A DNA stretch of 64,000 bases, from the NCBI GenBank assembly GCA_022813865.1, contig JALDZX010000025.1, positions 186,001 to 250,000 of the forward strand, given 5' to 3'. How positions within the stretch are numbered: position 1 is the stretch's first letter; every line of letters begins with the position of its first letter. The notes under the pieces are model-generated. The model had not been told where the DNA came from. It was given only the letters and a program-made list of their open reading frames with translations, and ran no database searches. The position numbers and the translations under genes were made by a program. This document shows positions 38,253 through 50,181 of the stretch, piece by piece. The DNA is from Xylographa opegraphella (Eukaryota).

Positions 38253-38468
38253 TGCTAGAGAGTTGGAGAGTATCGATATCTCCACCATTGAATTTCCCAT
38301 CAATATTTTCTGCCATGCAGGGATTTTTCACCGCTCTGGCGCTTGGGTCGGCTCCATAGCCCTATCACCACGAGCTCTAATCTCGGGTCCTCCTCGACTT
38401 CTTTCCAGCGGTCATCGTGTACAATTGTCATGTAAGAATCTGTTCGCTATGCCGTCCGGACCTTCAGG

Positions 38469-40053
38469 ATGCCGTACAATATTGCTATGGTCAGCGACTT
38501 CTTTTTTCCCCAACCTGGAGGTGTCGAAAGTCATATCTACCAGCTCTCGACAAAGCTCATTGACCGTGGCCATAAAGTAGTAATAATCACTCATGCTTAC
38601 AAGGGTAGAACGGGAGTCAGATATCTTACAAACGGTCTCAAAGTTTATCATGTGCCATTCCTTGTGATTTACCGCGAATCAACCTTCCCGACGGTCTTTT
38701 CGTTCTTTCCGATCTTTCGCAATATTGTTTTACGAGAGCAGATTGAGATAGTCCACGGTCATGCAAGTCTCAGTAGCTTTTGTCATGAGGCTATATTACA
38801 CGCCCGGACAATGGGTATTCGGACTGTTTTCACCGATCACTCGCTTTTTGGTTTTGCGGATGCTGGAAGCATTTTGACGAATAAGCTTCTGAAGTTTACT
38901 TTGAGCGATGTCGATCATGTCATATGTGTCAGCCATACATGGTGAGAAACATGCTCTGGTGTGGCAGGAGGCATGACTGACTGATTCTTACAGCAAAGAG
39001 AATACAGTTCTTCGTGCATCTTTGGATCCTTTCATGGTTTCTGTGATCCCTAATGCTGTTGTAGCTGAGAACTTCATGCCATTACACTACGAAGTCAATA
39101 ACAGGACCAATGGATCGAAGTCCCAAGATGGTCGTTCTCATCCTCCGCCAACCCGGCACTTCGGATCAAATGATATCATTACCATTGTAGTGATATCCAG
39201 ACTCTTCTACAACAAGGGGACCGATCTTTTGATAGCTGCCATTCCACGTATATTGGCACTCGACCCAAATGTGCGCTTTATTATAGCCGGGTCTGGCCCC
39301 AAAGCTATTGATCTCGAGCAGATGCTTGAGCGTAGAGTACTCCAGGACAAAGTTGAGATGCTTGGCCCTGTCAGGCACGAAGAAGTCAGAGATGTCATGG
39401 TCCGAGGTCAGATATACTTACATCCGAGTCTGACCGAAGCGTTCGGCACGGTGATTGTGGAGGCTGCCAGCTGTGGGTTGTACGTGGTTTGCACTCGCGT
39501 TGGTGGAATCCCCGAGGTCCTACCGCATTACATGACCACCTTCTCCAAACCTGAGGAGGATGATCTCGTCGTTCAGACATGCAGAGCCATTACAGCTCTA
39601 CGATCGAACAACATCCGTACAGAGAAATTTCACGACACGGTGAAGATGATGTACTCCTGGACAAATGTTGCACAGCGTACAGAACGAGTATACGATGGCA
39701 TCACAGGAGCCATAAACGAGGAGGAGTTCTACGGCGACCAGTCGGGTGGGGGCTGGTCTGCAACCAGAGGCCCAGCTGGCGTCCAGAGCTTCGCGCTCAT
39801 TGATCGCCTGAAGAGATATTATGGATGCGGAATATGGGCCGGGAAGCTATTCTGCCTTTGTGTGGTGATCGATTATCTATTTTTCGTATTCCTCGAAATG
39901 TGGGCGCCGAGGAAGAGTATTGACATCGCGAAGAACTGGCCGCGGAAATTGCTCCCGCAGCACAGAGACCTCAAAGAAGACCAGGGCGAAGGAAAACCTA
40001 TTCGGCGGCGGAGTGCCAGAGAAAGTATCGGTCGGAGAGACAGGAGATCTTGA
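38469..40053 (+). CDS. GPI3: GPI-GlcNAc transferase catalytic subunit (PIG-A/Gpi3/Spt14)
   Basis: [29 protein letters not shown], intron about 38942-38993, [25 protein letters not shown]-terminal TM helix. Confidence 0.95.
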
Positions 40054-40679
40054 CAGGGGTCATGTGCTTCGAAACCAGGGAAGCCCTGTCTGCCGAGAAT
40101 TCATTGTGCTGCAAGACCTGGTATGGCACCTCTGCAAAGCAAAGCGGCGAGGCCTCGTTTTACGTGGGTTACTACTGTACACCAGTCGAAAACTAAATTC
40201 AAGCGACTGATCACTGCTGGGACATAACCGAAATAAGGTGTGGACAATGCAAACCCTCACTCGCACGCTATTCATCACATTCCCGTCGAGGACTCGAAAA
40301 CAGGCAGCTACGACGTCCTTTGGCGGTAGGTACGCCGAATAAATTATCTGCATCGAGTTGCAAGTAGCAGTAGTCGTACCCTCCAGCAACATGGAAGCGT
40401 CGTCGCAAAGGTGAATTCCAACAATCAGCCGGGTTCCCAATCTGGAAGAGCTACAAGTTTAGCGTCACTAATGCTCTCCACCTACACGAAGTGAGTGGAT
40501 GGAACCACCCATCGCAAAAGCAAGTCCGGTTGCCGGTATGGGCACGACAGTTCTTAGAGCCCTCAAGTTACTTGGAGACCATATATACCACCCTATCTGC
40601 AAATAGAAGTAGCTTGAATTTCGATTGCAGTACCGGTTCATTCCTTAGTCCACAACTCCGCAGGCTGTTGGAAGACTTA

Positions 40680-41038
40680 CATTGACTGGCCCTCAATCTC
40701 CTCCACATCCACTCGTCATACGTCGAATCCCTTTCTTCCACACGCACCACCACTGATCCCCCGTTGCAACCCCTCCAACTCCTGCCAATTCCGATAATTT
40801 CTCCCTATTTGATCTGCAGCTCACGTCCCCCAAGCGTGGTATTCACCACCCCATCCAATATCCCCACAAACGCCCACTGCACCCTCCCCGCTTCATCACA
40901 AAAGCCCTCTTCCGCCTTGTTCCCGAAACCCATCACGAACCCAAAAGCGGATTCTCCCTCCTATCCAGATTTCCGTTCCCAGAACCCAACACACGCCTCA
41001 GCAAACCAAAGAATCAAGAACATGCACTCGAATCCCGA
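40680..41038 (-). pseudogene. Possible cupin-like gene relic
   Basis: One frame interrupted by two TAG stops: ...ERKSG*EGESAF...VQWAFVGILDGVVNTTLGGRELQIK*GEIIGIG...GGSVVVRV. Resembles the cupin xxVLxGxxxxxxGGxxxxLxxGD motif. Confidence 0.35.
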
Positions 41039-41422
41039 AGGCTATATGACATGATAGCGTTGAGTTCTGTCCAACGATACCAGCATATTCAGATCATGGC
41101 GAACTGTCAGAATTGATAAACTCAACTTCTTTACAGTATCAATGGACGGCCATCAATTTTGACTCACCTTTGACCAACCGTCTTGACGACTCCAATCCGC
41201 TTGACGGAGTCGGAGCGCAAGGGAGGGAGTATTTCAATCAATGCAAGCAAACCTGACAACAGAAATAGAGTCGTGATGTTAAATTTTGCAATTCAAAGCT
41301 GTTCGAGAGGTTACTCTGCATAGTGGGAGCTATTACCTCACTACTGAGGACTTATTTTAGTTGCTGCCGAGGTGAAGATTGTAGGAAAGTACACCCTCTT
41401 CCGTACTCCTCGTTCTACCTCG

Positions 41423-44080
41423 GCATGGCAACAAGATATCCTTGACTGCAGCTTGACATCTTATGTAACATGGTTTACCACAGACCTAAGGGTATCTATG
41501 ACGGCACGAATCACGCATTCGTGGACATTGATCTTGGTAGATCGAGGCATCGTGACGTGGCTGTGAGTGACATTTGTAGGTTCATGCCTGGCCCAAATCT
41601 TGTTGCCGTCGACATGGGAGAGCGCAGCCGCCTTCTGGGAACAGACTGACGAATTCTTGAATGTGGCGACCTCAATTTTTGTATCAGGGTGTCGAGGACA
41701 ACACAACGGGAACTTGGGACCAATATTCTAGTCTTTTTCGAGCATGTGAATGACCTAAAATTCCGAATTCGTGGACGGAGTTGCTCGTGGTCACCAATCA
41801 AAATTGCATGCTCGATTGTCGGCAGGAATGCTGTTACCATATGCTCTTCGAGAATCTCGCCTGCTTCCTCGCATATGAGGACTTTGGATGCAAGTGTTTC
41901 TCATCAAATCAGCATTTCTAGCTAGTCCTGCCGTAGTTAGCCCAATTAAATGAGCATGGTCAAGACATTGGAGGTCACGGTCACATGAGCGGCAGTCCAG
42001 GTCATTTCTTCGCTCCACAAAGTCGTCAACCGCGGCACTCAACTTGGCTATAAGCGATTCCCTTATAGCAGCAGTCCAAGATTTGTGTAAAAGGCGCGTT
42101 CTTCTTGATTCATCCTGATTCATTGAGAAGAGTTTACAAGAGTGCAATTCCCGGAGATTTCGAAAGAGATATCCAAATCGAGAGTGTATACCTCCAGAAA
42201 GCCAGTGTTGAATTGGATCTCGACGTTTATTTTGCACAACCATGAAGCCGTCCTCATCGATCATTTGTATAATGAGAGTAGAAGTCCTCGAGGTGTTTCT
42301 TGATGGAGGTTGTGGTTGCTGATCGCTTTAAATTCTGTAGAAGGCCTCCAATCTTGTTATCGACAGTCTCGAGGTTTTTTTCGCGCGTGCTCTACGGCTT
42401 TCCACTCAACCATGGTAGCTTGTATGTTTTGATTGATGTTTCGTAGATTGAACGGCTCGAGAGCTTTCGGTTTAGATCCAGCACCTAGCCTGATGATCTT
42501 CTTTGTGCACTAAGATAGTGCGTGTTCAAGAAGCTGGTCCAGTGCATGGTTAGTAAAACACACACAGATGATAGGTCCCATCTCTGCTTCCTTGCGCCGG
42601 GTTAAAAGAATTTTGACGGCGTGAACTAAGTAAAATAAGAGGTTAAAGTTAAAACGTACTGCACGTGTCCCGCCTGCCGACCTCAAAAAAGAGAACTCAT
42701 CCCGGTTCCAGTCTGACCCTAGATCAGTGCTAGCCGCCAGCTTAGAGAGTTCAGAAGGCTTGCGGCTTGTACGTTATCCAAATTCGAATGCCTGAGAAGA
42801 CAGGTCGTATCGAAATCTTTACTTGGATCAAGATACAGGCAGTCATCGTTAGTGATGGGCCGCACGTCCAACTTAAAGCCGGACTGTAAAGCATACGCTG
42901 GAGACCCAATGTGTACCGAAATTTCATCGTTCGAATCAAGAGGCGCAATGATGTCTGCGAAAGGAACGTCGAGATTACTGCTCATAACCTGAAGTGCCTC
43001 TAGCGTAGGTCTGAACGATGCCAGAAGGACGCCCGGAAACTCGACCAGGACTTGCGCGACAGCAGCTTCTGAGTGGCTCCGTCCGATAATCTCACTGATA
43101 TCATGTATAACTAAATCGACCAGCTGAAGAGTAATAACGCAACGATTCTGATCGGTCCACAAGCTTCGGAGTACCCTTTTACAGGTCAAAAGTGCATCGG
43201 CCTGTTTATTCGATAGAGCCCGTGATCGGGACTTCACTGGGAGTTGAACATTGTTCGAGCCTTCAGGCAAGCCATCAAAGGGAAATGCATTTGTAGCAGC
43301 CTCTTCTTGCTGACTGACTGATAGAAATACACTCCTTCCATTTGAGTCAACGAGGCAAAGTAGTGAATCGGCCCGCAAGCAGTTTCGATTCTGACCACCA
43401 TCGCTGACGGTCCTTCTTGCATCTCATGGTTCTGGCTGGAAGTGGTTGAACAAACTCTGCAGCTACTTGAAGACCACAATTGTGCCTCATCTCGAACAGA
43501 ACATCAGACAGTACTACTGAGTTGTATACCAGATAGTGTGTACTGTGCTCAGTTCTCTGCTCAGTACCGGGTCCACATCTAAGGGTTGTGACCTTTTTAT
43601 GCACACTCTGAACACAGTCTCTTAGCTGGCCGATCGTGTCTTCTCGAAGAAGACGAAACTGTCGATCCAAAAGACCTTTGAGACCCCTTGCATGCAGCTT
43701 CGTGGTGTCTGTTGTAGGCAGATACTGCGGACGAGAAGCTTTGATCTCCCCTACTGTAGGCATGATGTGAGTCCTACAGATATCCTCGTGGTCGTTGTCA
43801 TGACGGGGTCCTTGAGAGGAAAGTCGACCAGGGCGATCAATGTGCAACTCGATGTTGTCCGGTGGCATAAGCGACCGACCGTTTCTTGTACCATGGCTGG
43901 TTGCTGATCCTACATCTTGGTCTGACTTGATGTCATGGGAGAAACGGTAATTACTACCATAAGAGCATTTCCCTGCCACGAATATTCTGTACATGGGTTC
44001 ATTCCGATCATTGCCACCTCTCATGGGTAAGGTTATGGACTTGTCATGACGGTAGCGACAATGCTTGAAAGCTGCAGATC
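41423..44080 (-). pseudogene. Decayed ZNFX1/Hrr1-like Upf1-family helicase (CCCH fingers + helicase + NF-X1 zinc fingers)
   Basis: Collinear fragments across frames: degenerate CCCH, GPRHDND, LDRQFRLLREDT, LVEFPGVLLASFRPTLEALQ, Walker A LI*GQTGTG, VCFTNHALDQLLEH, IGLTTAGLA, CEEAGE, LIGDHEQLRP, NIGPKFPLCCPRHP, PEGGCALPC, CGKPC. Multiple stops and frameshifts. Confidence 0.88.
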
Positions 44081-45031
44081 TTACCGAAAGTTTTTGTCCA
44101 TCTATGGTATCTCTAAACTTTAGATGGAGAACCTCTTCTGTACTGAAGTTCTTGAGTTCTGGAAGGAAGTTAAGACCTGGTTGGATATCAGTATTGGCAT
44201 AGTTTGTATATGCAAATCTTTCTATAGTGGGTTTTTACAGGAGGCGTTTCTCTAAATTTGCGAGCCGTGGAAGTTTTGACTGCAGACGCAAGGTGGAGTG
44301 AGAGGCAGTGAGAGCAAGTGATGAAAAGAACGTGAGAGAGCCAATTAAGGAATATACAAGACGTGAATATCCACAGGAAAGCGCGTGAAGCAACCGTTGC
44401 AAGCTCCACGCTGGTATCAGTTATGGAGCAAAGAACAACTCGCAATCAAAACTCGAAAGGACTATGACATACATATTTAGACTTGGTAAACCATGAACGA
44501 ACACACGATTCAACCGGATAGTCTACTAGCTTATAGAATAGCCAAGAAAGCTCGACAGCCTTCCATACCAGAAGAACTTCGGCCAGCGGCATGGTCTCGG
44601 AGATACTAGACATGCTCAAAATCCGTCCAGCTCCAAATGGCCGGGAAAACCATATTGTCACAGAGAACCTATCCTCAAAAAACTTGAGTGTTTGCTGATA
44701 TCAAAAAAATATCTACATGAGAGCAGTACTTTCGTACAGGTGCACTCCGATTGACATAGGGAAACCCATAACGTATCAAGGCAACTGAACGGCTTACTAT
44801 GAACATTATGCAGACAAAAGTACTCAGTATTTAGAATGGGAAAGAATCACAGCAGTGGTATTCTCATCTTGAACGCCTTTATGTGTAATTGAAGTCTAGG
44901 TAAAGAATTCGAAAGTTCGATATTATAGCCGCCTAAGCGCGATCGGACTAGGCCTGGGAGATAGCCGCCGCCACTTCTTGCCTATGCCTCTTGTCGCCCT
45001 GGTCCGTCATTGTTCTCTATTTAGAACGTTA

Positions 45032-46703
45032 ATGTCACTCTATTATGAAGCTGCAGGCTTTATTGAGCCACTGGCTCCGCAAGCAAGCTCTCTAAAATCT
45101 CGAGTTTATAATGCTAAGAACCTCAAGTCAACACCTGCACAAGTTTTCGCTCTTGTGAGTGAAGCCTCCAAATGGAGCCCGATCCTTAAAGAAGTAGTAG
45201 AAAAATCCCAATTGCTTTTACATGAGCGGAAGGTATCTCATACCACCTTTTAAGCTATGAAATATTACTGACTGACACAGCTATTGTGAAAACACGTAGC
45301 TTTCCCCAGCACTTGGATTGCTCCTTGTCCATGATCTCCTCCTGGCGAAAAAGGGCATTGCTGCACCAGCTTCGCATCCGTTAAGGGCAGCTGTGGAAAG
45401 GCATAAGGCACGTGCACAAGCCGAATTCACAAAGGCAAGGCTTCGGAGGGGATTTTCTTCTGTCGAAGCTTTACGGCAGCATGTAAACCAAGGACGGCAA
45501 GATACGCATGTCCCGGAACAAGATTGCCGCAAAGTTATAAGCCTCGATCAACGGCCTCATCCTCGATGGATACGACTCAATTCCCTGAAGACGAGTCTGG
45601 TGGAGCAGCTAGCAACGACATTCAGTGGATACCGGACAGTCGACAGTCTTGAAGAGATAATTGAAGAAAATTGTCCAGAATCTGCATCTAAAATCCTCCA
45701 CATCGATCTCCATGTACCTGATCTTATCGCACTACCTCCCTCTGCAGATTTGTCAGCCTCATCAGCCTACAAAAATGGGGTGCTCATTTTTCAGGATAAG
45801 GCATCCTGCTTTCCTGCATATCTCCTGGATCCACATGCACAACATGGAGATATTGTGGACGCTTGTGCTGCTCCTGGTAATAAGACCACACACTTGGCAG
45901 CCTTGATACAGCACTCACAAAGCGAGTACGGGAAATCAAAAATATATGCTTGCGAGCGGGACAAGGCCAGAGCCACAATTTTACAGAAAATGATAAGATT
46001 AGCAGGCGCCGAAGATGTAGTCACAGTACAGGAGGGCCAAGATTTTCTTCGACTTGATCCCGAGAATGAGCCATGGTGTAGCGTAGGAGCAGTACTGCTT
46101 GATCCAAGTTGCTCCGGTAGCGGAATCATTGGTCGAGATAGTACACCACCTATCGTTCTACCAAGTAGAGAGGCAACTGCAGTAGAGACTACCGACACCA
46201 TGAAACGGAAGCGGAAACGGAAACCAACACAGGACAGAGTCACCCCAAGAATTGATACCCCTGAACAAGATCCAGTCTCAATCCCAGACGATCAAGAAAC
46301 CCTCAGAGCACGACTGCAGTCACTATCAACGTTTCAGACTAAGCTTCTCCTCCACGCCTTCCGTTTTCCTCAAACTTATAAAGTGACGTATTCCACGTGC
46401 TCCCTATACGCAGAAGAGAACGAATCAGTCGTCCTTGCAGCACTTGCGTCTCCAATCACAAAAGAGAGAGGCTGGAGAATCTTGCATCGAGACAAACAAG
46501 TCGACGGGATGAAGAGATGGGAGATCCGAGGTGATGTGACCGCTTGTAATGGTGATGTAGAGATTGCAGAAGCGTGCATCAGATGTAATAAAGGGACGAA
46601 AGAAGGCACTCAGGGCTTCTTCGTAGCTGCTTTCGTGAGAGATCAAGATCGAATCGTTGGAGATGGCGATGAATGGGAAGGGCTGAGTGATAGCGATAGT
46701 TAG
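45032..46703 (+). CDS. RCM1: 25S rRNA m5C methyltransferase Rcm1/NSUN5
   Basis: Start MSLYYEAA; intron 45233-45299. Motifs HPRWIRLN, FQDKASCFPA, DACAAPGNKT, LDPSCSGSG, YSTCS...ENE, GFFVA. Confidence 0.92.
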
Positions 46704-47628
46704 AGCAGTAGCTACAAGACCATTTCAGCCATAGCTAAAGCCCTCGAGTCTCCTTGGAAAGTCGAATACTCATGCCCCCACTTCGGCGCCGTCAAGGTGT
46801 GTTGGTCGCTTTTTCATTCGCGTGTGGCATATATATGGATACCGGCACGATGTCCAACAGATGCCATTAATCCTGGACCGCCTCATGCTTCCCATGTATA
46901 TGTTTCAGTGTATTGCCTAAGATCATTGACTAAGATTGGAAGACAATATGCGTTGAGACGGCCATCTCCAATAGGAGAATGGGGACACTATGTCGTCGGA
47001 TGTCTCCGACATAGAAATACTAAATCATTTAAACCGCGCACGCACGTCTCGCACTGCTGTCCCAATGAGCAAGACGCCGCTTTCCAATAGTCGCACTGTA
47101 CGATGAAAAAGTTGAGAAATTAATAATGTGTTAGTTCCTTGATGGTTTGACTAGAGTCCAGCATTTTCCTCGAACAGCTCTTTGAGCGTTCTATCTCTTA
47201 TTCAAAGTGGTACGGATCACCGGCTTTTGCTTTTCGTCTTGTGCCGAGGAATTCCCGTCAAGCACACGTTTTATCCAGTACTTAAGACTTGGAAGTTTCC
47301 TGTGAACTCAGACGCTACGAAATTGCATTTATGTGAAGGGGAATATCTAAGTTTTTGGTTCAGCTATCCGCGAGTCAAGGTTAAGCGCGCAAGGCAGCCG
47401 CCAAATTGACCGTAATATTACCTAATATGGCCATTTCAGACTCATGACATCTACGTGACCATGACGTCTTGCATCCCACAAGAGCTCCAATTATTGTGGC
47501 TACTCTGATGGAGCAACTAACCAAGAATCCTTCCAAACACTTTTACGTGAATAAACCACCGAACTGCAAAGAATTCTTCTCATAACATATTACAAAATAA
47601 ACTCAACGAGACCAAACATCTTACAAAC

Positions 47629-48246
47629 ATGAGTGTCAACGCCGACGCACAAGGCAATGGACAGTCCGGAGAGTTCAGCTCTAAGATCCCTCGATCAGAG
47701 CCATTGATGACCAGTGGCGTACGAGAATCTCCTCGGCCCTTAGCTTTACCTGCACGATTGCTGAGAGTATCATAGCACAAACCCGGCGTCAAAGTAGGCA
47801 ATGACGCCGCTCCAGAATTCTCTGCTCAAGTCCTTCCTGCGGGATCTGCACCTGCCGACCGCACCTTCAAGCCGAATCCCATCAACGAGACACCCGGCCA
47901 AGCAAACAACGACGACACCCTGCGATCTCATGGCAAGGAAAGCACCTACACATCAGCTTCGGACACACTTGGCGGTGCCACTTCAGGAGATGTACATACA
48001 GGAATGGGGATGCCAAGCGACGTATCAGCGACAGAGGCAAAATATGGGTCTGGGACGGGACTTGCAGGACGAGGGACCAGTGGAGCGGCGAGCGGGAATA
48101 TGGGGGTGGATGAGAGGACAACGCCGAGCCAAAGAGGATTGGAGAGGGAGTCAGGGGACCTGGCCGGGAAGAAGTTCAATACCGATGGAGGCGCGGAAGA
48201 GACGCCAAACGTGACATCTAATGAGCTTGCTGCTGAGAAGAACTAG
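47629..48246 (+). CDS. Small hydrophilic fungal protein (stress/LEA-like, unknown function)
   Basis: ATG 47629, intron 47719-47775. Spliced product ...SEPLMTSGHKPGVKVGNDAAPEFSAQVLPAGSAP...SASDTLGGATSGDVHTGMG...; G/S/T/E-rich. Confidence 0.8.
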
Positions 48247-49006
48247 ACGTGGTGAGAGAGTGCATGAGTAAGCTGTAAATGGAGGAGAGGAGATACAATA
48301 GATATTTCAGATATCTTCCGAATCCTTTGCTGTACAAAAGTGTGAAGGAGTCCCGTTACGGGAACTAGGGCTTCAGGCACAATCACTACCTCCATGACTG
48401 TTCAATTCTATCTCTGGATCAGCTGCGACACTCAGAGCCTACTCATGGCTAGCGTGGCAAATCAACCCAAAGCTCGCGTCAGCTTGTGCAAATTGTGCTG
48501 ATGTGCTTATGATATCTTCTCCGCACTTTCCATCCTTAACTCCGCCCGCTAGGGCTCACGCACCGAGCGCTGCCGTGCTGCAATATCACGACTCCTCAGA
48601 AGTAATCGGAGACGCTGAACATGTTCTTCGTACCTGACAGAAGCCTCCAATAGAGCTCTTGGAATTGATAATAACCTGCTGACTGCTTGCTAATCATGTA
48701 AGTATTCGCCCTAGCTCAAGGCTTCTGGCCGTTGCACAATAGCATGCATTTATAATCCACACGGAAGTCCGTCATCTTCAGGCGTCCTGCATCCCATGCT
48801 TGTCTTACATAACTGTACCGGCTTTGCCGCAGACGCGATGTCGTTATCGTTTCAATTGTCGCTGTATATAAAAAGCGAGAATCTCCTTCGTTGACGCTTT
48901 TCAGCACCATACAATCTGGAAAATACCCCTCACTCGAGATTCTCCTCGCTATATCCATTGAAATCCCCATCCATACACCCACCCTTCCCCCCCAAACTGC
49001 CCCAAC

Positions 49007-49996
49007 ATGTCTCTCAAAAACGTCATCATCCTCGGCGCCGGCGGCAACCTAGGCCCCAGCATCCTCGCCGCCCTCACCAGCGACCCCCACTTCACCGTCT
49101 CCGTCCTCAGCCGACACTCCTCCACATCGACCTTCCCGCCGGGCGTCACCGTCCACCGCATCGGCGACGACTACCCGGAGGCGGACCTGCTGGCCGCCTT
49201 CAAAGGCCAAGACGCCGTCGTCTCCACCCTTTCGCACGCCGTCGGGCACAAGGCCATCATCGACGCCGCCATCAAGGCCGGCGTGAAGCGCTTCGTGCCC
49301 TCCGAATTCGGCAGCAACACCCGCAACGCGAACGTGCTGGCGCTGATGCCGAAGCTGTTCGGGCCCAAAGTCGAGGTGGTGGATTACCTCAAGGAGAAGG
49401 AGGCCACGGGGCTGACGTGGTCCGCGGTGGTGACGGGCGCGTTCTTCGACTGGTACGTTTCCACGTCTTCGCACACTATGTGCTCCGCTCCCTGATCATC
49501 GGAAGAGAGAAGCCGGCTAACCCCCCGCCTTGCCCCACGCAGGGCCTTGAAAGTCGGCTTCCTCGGCTTCGACATCCCCGCGCGCGAAGCGACCATCTTC
49601 GACGACGGCGCCACCCGCTGGGCGACCACCACCCTAGCGCAGATCGGCCGCGCCGTGCGGAACACCCTGCTCGTGCCGGAGCAGTCGGCCAACCGCTACC
49701 TGCCCGTGTCGTCCTTCACCGTGTCGCAGAACAGCGTCCTCGCCGCGCTAGAGGAAGCCACGGGCCAGAAATGGGCCGTCACCCGCGTCGACGCCGAGGC
49801 GGTGAAGCGGGCAGCGCTGGCAAGGTTGGAGAAGGGGGAGTTCGACATGGGCGTCGTGACGGATCTGATCCGTTACCTGCACTTCGTCGATGGGTACGGG
49901 AGTAATTATGCGGAGGAGGGGCTGGGGTGTAATGAGCTGCTGTCGTTGGAGACGGAGAGCTTGGAGGAGACGGTGGCGCGGGTTGTGAAGGGCTAA
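49007..49996 (+). CDS. NmrA-like / isoflavone-reductase-family NAD(P)-binding protein
   Basis: GAGGNLG Rossmann motif, DAAIKAGVKRFVPSEFG, TGAFFDW; intron 49453-49542. Confidence 0.92.
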
Positions 49997-50181
49997 GAAT
50001 GGTGTTCTGTCTATGAAGCTATTTGGAGTCGGTGGGGCGTTTCAGCGCCTAGCAGCGTTCATGGCCGCTTCGATGACCCGACTTATACATAACCAGACAA
50101 GTTCTTTTCCCGCCTGGTACCTTCTACCCCTTGCTTCTACACCTTTCCCCACACCCACCCTCTTCTTCCCCCCCTTCCCAT

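Noticed and set aside
38432..38467. gtaaga...ttcag as a 5' intron creating a split ATG for GPI3
   Set aside because: Only 36 nt with no clear branch site; not supportable without transcripts.
489..44080. NRDE-2 and the ZNFX1-like relic as a linked RNAi locus
   Set aside because: About 38 kb apart with many unrelated housekeeping genes between; co-location is probably chance.
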